A program made the translations under genes and the position numbers. From assembly GCA_965200965.1 (NCBI GenBank), contig OZ241744.1, forward strand, positions 1,472,001-1,536,000: DNA of 64,000 nt, in the 5' to 3' direction. A model generated the notes under the pieces. The model was not told the origin of the DNA. It made no database searches and saw only the letters and a program-made list of their open reading frames with translations. Origin of the DNA: an uncultured Candidatus Binatia bacterium. GTDB lineage: Bacteria; Desulfobacterota; Binatia; Bin18. Shown one piece after another: positions 21,915-29,096 of this stretch (position 1 is its first letter; each line of letters opens with the position of its first letter).

Positions 21915-23834
21915 CTATCCGCCGCTGCCCCCGCTCACACTCGACGCCTGGCCGCTCGCCACGTTGTTCTGGCCCCCGCTCACACTGGCGGAAATGCCGC
22001 TGGCCTCATTACTCTGGCCCCCGCTCACACTCGACGCCTGGCCGCTCGCCACATTGTTGTAGCCCCCGCTCACGCTGGCGGCAGGGGCTCGGGCTACGTT
22101 GTTCTGGCCCCCGCTCACGCTGGCGGAAGCGGATTGGGCCACGTTACGGTAGCCCCCGCTCACGCTGGCGGAAGCGGATTGGGCCACGTTACGGTAGCCC
22201 CCGCTCACGCTGGCGGCGGTACCGTGGACCCTGTTGGAGGTACCCCCGCTGATGCTGGCGGCAGTGCTGGTGGCCATATTGGACTGCCCCCCGCTCACGC
22301 TCGCATACGGGCCGCTGGCCACGTTCCCCACACCCCCGCTCACGCTCGACGCGTCGTCACTCGCCTCGTTGTTCTGGCCCCCGCTCACACTCCCATAGTC
22401 CCCGCTCGCCTCGTTGTCCCGGCCCCCACTCACGCTCGCGTACGCCCCGCTGATGATGTTCCCGACCCCCACCACCAAGCCACTATGACTCGAATACTCG
22501 TGCTCAGGGCCAATCACCACATTGTGCGAACCGCTGCGATCATTGCGGCCCGCAGTCCGCGGGGATCTGACCCCGACGGTGTTGAGATCTTCGTTGTAGC
22601 CCACGATCAGGTTGCCTAACCCGTTGGTCGTATTGGTGCTGCTAGCCCCGTTGCGGAAGTGGACATTGCAGCCCTCGAAGACTACATCAGCCTTCGTCTG
22701 GCCCCGGACGGCTTCGGTGGTGAGACAGGCAGGCAGACGGTTGCTGAAATCGTTGGCCGCTGCCACGGTCACGCCGCTGCCGCCGCCGATGGTGGAGAAG
22801 TTGCCCGTGGCCTGGTTGTTGGAACCCCCGCTCACACTCGCCGCACTGCTGGTCGCCGTGTTGCCGGAACCCCCGCTCACGCTGGTCGCCCAGCCGCCGG
22901 CCGTGTTGGCATGGCCCCCGCTCACACTGGAGTCATAATGCCGGGTCGTGTTGCTGTGGCCCCCGCTCACGCTGGAGTTCTCGCCGATGGCCGTGTTGCT
23001 CTGCCCCCCGCTCACGCTAGTGTGATAACCGATGGAGCGGTTGCGGTAGCCCCCGCTCACGCTCGCCGCAGGACCACTGGCTGTGTTCTGAGTACCCCCG
23101 CTCACGCTGGAGTCAAAGCTGCTGGCCGTGTTCTGATAGCCCCCGCTCACGCTGGAGTTCCCGCCGATGGCCCTGTTCTGATGACCCCCGCTCACGCTGG
23201 TGTGATAACCGATGGAGCGGTTGCGGTAGCCCCCGCTCACGCTCGCCGCAGGACCACTGGCCGTGTTGCCGGAACCCCCGCTCACGCTAGAGCTAGAGCT
23301 GCTGGCCGTGTTGTGGGAACCCCCGCTCACGCTCGCCGTCCAGCCGCGGGCTCGGTTGGACCAGCCCCCGCTCACACTCGCCGCATAGCCGGAGATAGCG
23401 TTATCATGCCCCGCCACCAGCCCGCCAGAACTGGGGTACTGATGCTGACTCCCAATCACCAGGTTGTGCGAGCCGCCCCGCTTGCTGCTATCTTCCTCGG
23501 GCCACGCCTCGTTGTAGCCGATAATCAGGTTGCCCAGCCCCAGGGGTTCGGAGACCCAGCCATCGTTCACGGTCCGTCCTTTATGGGTCACCCCCGACCC
23601 GCTGCGGATGTGGACATTGGCCCCGGTGAAGATTATGTGCGGACCGCTCAGGCCATGGTAGGTGCTGGTGGCCGCATCCTCAATCACCTGAATGTAGCGG
23701 GTCAGCTTGGCCACCGTGGTCTGTAAGGCCGACACTTGGGCCGCTAACTCCGCCAAGCTGGGCGCTTGGCCCCAACAGGGACTGGCTGCAAGCAGGACAC
23801 TACACACCGATGAGCACAGGAGGGAATAACGCAT
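21915..23834 (-). CDS. secreted SVSGG 15-residue repeat (beta-solenoid-like) protein, paralog 1 (N-module A, C-module alpha)
   Basis: Signal peptide MRYSLL...CWG, short coiled coil, two GLGNLI(I/V)GYNE...GSHN domains each followed by 45-bp SVSGGxxNxAxG repeats; RBS aaggag. Confidence 0.85.
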   Translation of the reverse strand: MRYSLLCSSVCSVLLAASPCWGQAPSLAELAAQVSALQTTVAKLTRYIQVIEDAATSTYHGLSGPHIIFTGANVHIRSGSGVTHKGRTVNDGWVSEPLGLGNLIIGYNEAWPEEDSSKRGGSHNLVIGSQHQYPSSGGLVAGHDNAISGYAASVSGGWSNRARGWTASVSGGSHNTASSSSSSVSGGSGNTASGPAASVSGGYRNRSIGYHTSVSGGHQNRAIGGNSSVSGGYQNTASSFDSSVSGGTQNTASGPAASVSGGYRNRSIGYHTSVSGGQSNTAIGENSSVSGGHSNTTRHYDSSVSGGHANTAGGWATSVSGGSGNTATSSAASVSGGSNNQATGNFSTIGGGSGVTVAAANDFSNRLPACLTTEAVRGQTKADVVFEGCNVHFRNGASSTNTTNGLGNLIVGYNEDLNTVGVRSPRTAGRNDRSGSHNVVIGPEHEYSSHSGLVVGVGNIISGAYASVSGGRDNEASGDYGSVSGGQNNEASDDASSVSGGVGNVASGPYASVSGGQSNMATSTAASISGGTSNRVHGTAASVSGGYRNVAQSASASVSGGYRNVAQSASASVSGGQNNVARAPAASVSGGYNNVASGQASSVSGGQSNEASGISASVSGGQNNVASGQASSVSGGSGG

Positions 23835-23882
23835 CACACGCTCCTTGCGGCCCCACAGGGGCGGAGAGAGAAGATGACACAC

Positions 23883-23912
23883 TCAATACCTGCCTTCCCG
23901 CTGAGCCGTCAA
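23883..23912 (-). promoter_or_regulatory. putative sigma70 promoter of A-type repeat genes (also copied upstream of 25950 and 28815)
   Basis: TTGACG-18nt-TATTGA; positionally conserved as TTGACC-18nt-TATGAA upstream of the diverged B-type genes. Confidence 0.45.
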
Positions 23913-23966
23913 GGCAGGGCCGCCGGACCTGCTGCGGAACAGAGCCGGCCCGCCGGCCGTGCAACG

Positions 23967-24115
23967 CCCCTGCCGCGTGCGCCCGGAGCGGGGGCATATA
24001 TGGGATGAAGTCCGTCACCGGTTGCTGCCCCTGCCGCGTGCGCCCGGAGCGGAGGGCTGGCCAGGAGACCTACCTCATCGGCCTCAAACCCCTGCCGCGT
24101 GCGCCCGGAGCGGGG
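23967..24115. CRISPR. orphan CRISPR-like mini-array 1 (3 repeats, 2 spacers)
   Basis: CCCCTGCCGCGTGCGCCCGGAGCGG(G/A)G starts at 23967, 24028 and 24089 (period 61), with unrelated spacers. Confidence 0.7.
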
Positions 24116-24201
24116 TAAACCCAGGGCACAGCCGGCTCGCCGCGCAGGGACTGACCGGCTCTGAACCGGTTGCCTGGGAGGACTCGCCGGGCAAGTCAGA
24201 A

Positions 24202-24222
24202 CGGGGGCGGGGCACGCCCCCG
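24202..24222 (-). terminator. GC hairpin just 3' of the paralog 2 stop (copy at 29061-29081)
   Basis: Minus strand CGGGGGCG-tgccc-CGCCCCCG followed by TTCT; weak U tract. Confidence 0.45.
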
Positions 24223-24237
24223 CAGCCCCCGGCAGGA

Positions 24238-25950
24238 CTAGAGGTCGGCGTTGACCGTCTGGTTCTTGCCCCCGCTGATGCTGCTCCGCCTTCCGCTCGC
24301 CCGGTTGTTCAACCCCCCGCTCACGCTCGCCGCTGCCCCGCTCGCCCGGTTCTGCACACTCACACTCGCCAGCGGATCAGGGCCAGCCGTGTTGCTCTGC
24401 CCCCCGAGCACGCTCGCATACGAGCCGCTGGCCACATTCGCCACGCCCCCGCTCACGCTCGACGCGTCGCCACTCGCCTCGTTGTTCTGGCCTCCGCTCA
24501 CACTCCCATAGTCCCCGCTCGCCTCGTTGTCCCGGCCCCCACTCACGCTCGCGTACTCCCCGCTGATGATGTTCCCGATGCCCACCACCAAGCCACTATG
24601 ACTCGAATACTCGTGCTCAGGGCCAATCACCACATTGTGCGAACCGCTGCGATCATTGCGGCCCAAGGTCCGCTGGGCAACGATCCCGGCGGTGGTGTCC
24701 ACATCTTCGTTGTAGCCCACGATCAGGTTGCCTAACCCGTTGGTCGTATTGGTGCTGCTAGCCCCGTTGTGGAGGTGGACATTGCAGCCCGTGAAGACTA
24801 CATCAGCCTTCGCCTGGCCGTCCACGTCTTTGGTGGTGAGACAGGCAGGCAGGCGGTTGCTGAAGTCGTTGGCCCCTATCACGGTCACGCTGCTGCCCCC
24901 GCCGACGGTGGAGAAGTTGCCCGTGGCCTGGTTGTTGGAACCCCCGCTCACGCTCGACGCAGTGCTCGTCGCCGTGTTGCTCTGCCCCCCGCTCACGCTC
25001 GCGTGCCGACCGCCGGCCGTGTTGTAGGCACCCCCGCTCACGCTCGCGTGCCGACCGCCGGCCGTGTTGTAGGAACCCCCGCTCACGCTCGTATGAGGAG
25101 CCGTGGCCTGGTTCCCATAGCCCCCGCTCACGCTCGCCGTCCACTCGCTGGCCCTGTTGCTGTGGCCCCCGCTCACACTGGAGGTCACGCCGCTGGCCCG
25201 GTTCCCATCGCCCCCACTCACACTGGAGTTCGGGCCGCTGGCCGTGTTGTACAAGCCCCCGCTCACGCTCGCCTGAGGGCCGATGGCCCTGTTGCTGTGG
25301 CCCCCGCTCACGCTGGTGTGATAACCGATGGAGCGGTTCCCATAGCCCCCGCTCACGCTCGCCGCAGGACCACTGGCCGTGTTGCCGGAACCCCCGCTCA
25401 CACTAGAGCTAGAACTGCTGGCCGTGTTACGGGAACCCCCGCTCACGCTCGCCGCCCAGCCGCGGGCTCGGTTGGACCAGCCCCCGCTCACACTCGCCGC
25501 ATGGGCGGAGATAGCGTTATCATGCCCCGCCACCAGCCCGCCAGAACTGGGGTACTGATGCTGACTCCCAATCACCAGGTTGTGCGAGCCGCCCCGCTTG
25601 CTGCTATCTTCCTCGGGCCACGCCTCGTTGTAGCCGATAATCAGGTTGCCCAGCCCCAGGGGTTCGGAGACCCAGCCATCGTTCACGGTCCGTCCTTTAT
25701 GGGTCACCCCCGACCCGCTGCGGATGTGGACATTGGCCCCGGTGAAGATTATGTGCGGACCGCTCAGGCCATGGTAGGTGCTGGTGGCCGCATCCTCAAT
25801 CACCTGAATGTAGCGGGTCAGCTTGGCCACCGTGGTCTGTAAGGCCGACACTTGGGCCGCTAACTCCGCCAAGCTGGGCGCTTGGCCCCAACAGGGACTG
25901 GCTGCAAGCAGGACACTACACACCGATGAGCACAGGAGGGAATAACGCAT
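24238..25950 (-). CDS. secreted SVSGG-repeat protein, paralog 2 (N-module A, C-module beta)
   Basis: N-terminus identical to paralog 1; second domain YNEDVDTTAGIVAQRTLG; ends KNQTVNADL. Confidence 0.85.
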   Translation of the reverse strand: MRYSLLCSSVCSVLLAASPCWGQAPSLAELAAQVSALQTTVAKLTRYIQVIEDAATSTYHGLSGPHIIFTGANVHIRSGSGVTHKGRTVNDGWVSEPLGLGNLIIGYNEAWPEEDSSKRGGSHNLVIGSQHQYPSSGGLVAGHDNAISAHAASVSGGWSNRARGWAASVSGGSRNTASSSSSSVSGGSGNTASGPAASVSGGYGNRSIGYHTSVSGGHSNRAIGPQASVSGGLYNTASGPNSSVSGGDGNRASGVTSSVSGGHSNRASEWTASVSGGYGNQATAPHTSVSGGSYNTAGGRHASVSGGAYNTAGGRHASVSGGQSNTATSTASSVSGGSNNQATGNFSTVGGGSSVTVIGANDFSNRLPACLTTKDVDGQAKADVVFTGCNVHLHNGASSTNTTNGLGNLIVGYNEDVDTTAGIVAQRTLGRNDRSGSHNVVIGPEHEYSSHSGLVVGIGNIISGEYASVSGGRDNEASGDYGSVSGGQNNEASGDASSVSGGVANVASGSYASVLGGQSNTAGPDPLASVSVQNRASGAAASVSGGLNNRASGRRSSISGGKNQTVNADL

Positions 25951-26082
25951 CACACGCTCCTTGCGGCCCCACAGGGGCGGAGAGAGAAGATGACACACTC
26001 AATACCTGCCTTCCCGCTGAGCCGTCAAGGCAGGGCCGCCGGACCTGCTGCGGAACAGAGCCGGCCCGCCGGCCGTGCAACG

Positions 26083-26291
26083 CCCCTGCCGCGTGCGCCC
26101 GGAGCGGGGGCATATATGGGATGAAGTCCGTCACCGGTTGCTGCCCCTGCCGCGTGCGCCCGGAGCGGGGGGGCTTTGAGGGAGATGTAAAATGCCAGCA
26201 GGACCCCTGCCGCGTGCGCCCGGAGCGGAGGGCTGGCCAGGAGACCTACCTCATCGGCCTCAAACCCCTGCCGCGTGCGCCCGGAGCGGGG
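26083..26291. CRISPR. orphan CRISPR-like mini-array 2 (4 repeats, 3 spacers)
   Basis: Same repeat at 26083, 26144, 26204 and 26265 (periods 61, 60, 61); spacers 1 and 3 are identical to those of array 1. Confidence 0.75.
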
Positions 26292-26420
26292 TAAACCCAG
26301 GGCACAGCCGGCTCGCCGCGCAGGGACTGACCGGCTCTGAACCGGTTGCCTGGGAGGGCTGCGCCGGGCAAGTCAGAACGGGGCGGGACACGCCCCCCAG
26401 CCCCCCAGCCCCCGGCAGGA

Positions 26421-27962
26421 CTAGAGGTCGGCGTTAGCCGTCTGGTTCTTGCCCCCGCTGATGCTGCTCCGCTTCCCGCTCGCCCAGTTGTGGTACCCCC
26501 CGCTCACGCTCGCCGCTTCCCCGGTCGCCCGGTTCAGCCGGCCCCCGCTCACACTCGACGCCGAGGCAGGGCCAGCCGTGTTGTTGTTCCCCCCGCTCAC
26601 GCTCGCATACGAGCCGCTGGCCACATTCGCCAAGCCCCCGCTCACGCTCGCCGCGTCGCCACTCGCCTCGTTGTTCTGGCCTCCGCTCACACTCCCATAG
26701 TCCCCGCTCGCCTCGTTGTCCCGGCCCCCACTCACGCTCGCGTACTCCCCGCTGATGATGTTCCCGATGCCCACCACCAAGCCACTATGACTCGAATACT
26801 CGTGCTCAGGGCCAATCACCACATTGTGCGAACCGCTGCGATCATTGCGGCCCGCAGTCCGCGGGGATCTGACCCCGACGGTGTTGAGATCTTCGTTGTA
26901 GCCCACGATCAGGTTGCCTAACCCGTTGGTCGTATTGGTGCTGCTAGCCCCGTTGCGGAAGTGGACATTGCAGCCCTCGAAGACTACATCAGCCTTCACC
27001 TGATTCCTCACGGCTGGCGGTTTGGTCCTCAGGCAGGCCGGCCAGAGGTAGCGGAAGTCGGCCACGCCGGTCGCGGTCAGGCCGTCGCCCCCGCTCACGC
27101 TGGAGAGCCGGCCGGAGGCCTGGTTGCGATGACCGCCGAGGACGCTGGCCCAATGCTCGCTCGCCGCGTTCGCCCGGCCCCCGCTCACGCTCGACACCCG
27201 CCCGCTGGCCATGTTCAGACGGCCCCCGCTCACGCTGGAGTAGTAACCAATGGCTCGGTTGTCCAAGCCCCCGCTCACGCTCGCATAATCGGCCGTGGCC
27301 CAGTTCCCATAGCCCCCGCTCACGCTCGCCGTATAGCCGCTGGCCGTGTTCTGATAGCCCCCGCTCACGCTCGACGCGCTGCTCGTCGCCGTGTTGCCCC
27401 GGCCCCCGCTCACGCTCGCATGAGCACCGCTGGCCGTGTTGTCGAGGCCCCCGCTCACGCTGGAGTCCTTACCCTGGGCCACGTTCCCACCACCGCCGCT
27501 CACGCTGGCCGCATAGCCGGAGATGACGTTGTTATGCCCCGCCACCAGCCCGCCGGAGTTGGGGTATTGATGATACCTCCCGATCACCAAGTTGTGCGAG
27601 CCGCCCCGCTGGGCCGTATCCGCAGTCGGCCAAGTGTTCGCCTCGTTGTAGCCGATAATCAGGTTGCCCAGCCCCAGGGGTTCGGAGACCCAGCCATCGT
27701 TCACGGTCCGCCCTTTGTGGGTCACCCCCGACCCGCTGCGGATGTGGACATTGGCCCCAGTGAAGATTATGTGCGGACCGCTCAGGCCATGGTAGGTGCT
27801 GGTGGCCGCATCCTCAATCACCTGAATGTAGCGGGTCAGCTTGGCCACAGTGGCCTCTAAGCTTTGGACCCGGCTCTCCAGGGTAGGCGCTGTCTGGCTC
27901 CAGCCCGGACTGGTGGTCAGCAGGATGGAGAACAGGGAAGAGAACAACACGAAACAACGCAT
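26421..27962 (-). CDS. secreted SVSGG-repeat protein, paralog 3 (N-module B, C-module alpha)
   Basis: Signal peptide MRCFVLFSS...PGWS; second domain YNEDLNTVGVRSPRTAG as in paralog 1. Confidence 0.85.
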   Translation of the reverse strand: MRCFVLFSSLFSILLTTSPGWSQTAPTLESRVQSLEATVAKLTRYIQVIEDAATSTYHGLSGPHIIFTGANVHIRSGSGVTHKGRTVNDGWVSEPLGLGNLIIGYNEANTWPTADTAQRGGSHNLVIGRYHQYPNSGGLVAGHNNVISGYAASVSGGGGNVAQGKDSSVSGGLDNTASGAHASVSGGRGNTATSSASSVSGGYQNTASGYTASVSGGYGNWATADYASVSGGLDNRAIGYYSSVSGGRLNMASGRVSSVSGGRANAASEHWASVLGGHRNQASGRLSSVSGGDGLTATGVADFRYLWPACLRTKPPAVRNQVKADVVFEGCNVHFRNGASSTNTTNGLGNLIVGYNEDLNTVGVRSPRTAGRNDRSGSHNVVIGPEHEYSSHSGLVVGIGNIISGEYASVSGGRDNEASGDYGSVSGGQNNEASGDAASVSGGLANVASGSYASVSGGNNNTAGPASASSVSGGRLNRATGEAASVSGGYHNWASGKRSSISGGKNQTANADL

Positions 27963-28014
27963 AAGGCGCTCCTTTCGGCCCTACAGGGGGCGGTCAGAGT
28001 TAAGATAGAGCGCA

Positions 28015-28044
28015 TTCATACGCTTCTTCCGCCCAAGCGGTCAA
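28015..28044 (-). promoter_or_regulatory. putative sigma70 promoter of B-type repeat genes (second copy near 30997-31026)
   Basis: TTGACC-18nt-TATGAA upstream of aaggag RBS. Confidence 0.45.
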
Positions 28045-28156
28045 GGCGGGGCCGGGGCCGGGCGTGCCTGCCACGGAAGAGAGCGGACCCGCCCGCCTTG
28101 CACCTCAGGTTTGCCCTCTGTATATGAGGACAGGCCAGCGTCGGGACTCCAGCACC

Positions 28157-28660
28157 ATGCAATCAACACCCACATCACGCTCAGCCTTCCGCTTCCTGGT
28201 CCTCCTGAGCGCCACGCTCGGGGTGTTGACCGCGGTGCAGACTCAGGACGGGCCAGGCGTGTAGAATGGAGGAAAGGCCGCCTGGTGGGATTTTTCCCTC
28301 CTTGATCTGGGGCTGATCGGCTGGGGCAACGCGCCCCAACAGCCGGTCGCTTTCAGCCACGCTCTGCACGCCGAGGCCGGCCTTGACTGCCTGTACTGCC
28401 ATAGCGCAGCCCGCCTCTCGCCCCAGGCCGGGATTCCGCCCCTCGCAACGTGTATCGGCTGCCACAGAAGAGCCACCGCCCAGCCCGAACTGCTCAAGGT
28501 GCAGGACTACTGGCAACGCCAGCAGCCCATCCCCTGGGTGCGGGTGCATAGGCTACCCCGCTTTACCCGCTTCAGCCACAAACGGCATATTCGGGCCGGC
28601 CTTGAGTGCTTGAGTTGTCACGGCCCAGTGGACCGGATGGAGCGGGTGGAGCAGGGCTCG
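28157..28660 (+). pseudogene. actA: duplicated, inactivated copy of actA
   Basis: Near-identical to 31145-31648, but TGG>TAG at 28262-28264 and truncated after RMERVEQ (last two heme motifs lost). Confidence 0.9.
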
Positions 28661-28815
28661 TCAATCACCTGAATGGAGCGGGTCAGGGTAGCGACTGTGG
28701 TCTGTAAGGCCGACACTTGGGCCGCTAACTCCGCCAAGCTGGGCGCTTGGCCCCAACAGGGACTGGCTGCAAGCAGGACACTACACACCGATGAGCACAG
28801 GAGGGAATAACGCAT
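28661..28815 (-). pseudogene. 5' stub of a fifth SVSGG-repeat gene (A-type)
   Basis: MRYSLL...ALQTTVATLTRSIQVI then abuts the actA pseudocopy. Confidence 0.85.
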
Positions 28816-28947
28816 CACACGCTCCTTGCGGCCCCACAGGGGCGGAGAGAGAAGATGACACACTCAATACCTGCCTTCCCGCTGAGCCGTCAAGGCAGGG
28901 CCGCCGGACCTGCTGCGGAACAGAGCCGGCCCGCCGGCCGTGCAACG

Positions 28948-28974
28948 CCCCTGCCGCGTGCGCCCGGAGCGGGG
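28948..28974. repeat. solo copy of the CRISPR-like repeat (no spacer) in the third copy of the intergenic module
   Basis: CCCCTGCCGCGTGCGCCCGGAGCGGGG with the same left and right flanks as arrays 1 and 2. Confidence 0.85.
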
Positions 28975-29096
28975 TGATCCCGGGGCACAGCCGGCTCGCC
29001 GCGCAGGGACTGACCGGCTCTGAACCGGTTGCCTGGGAGGACTCGCCGGGCAAGTCAGAACGGGGGCGGGGCACGCCCCCGCAGCCCCCGGCAGGA

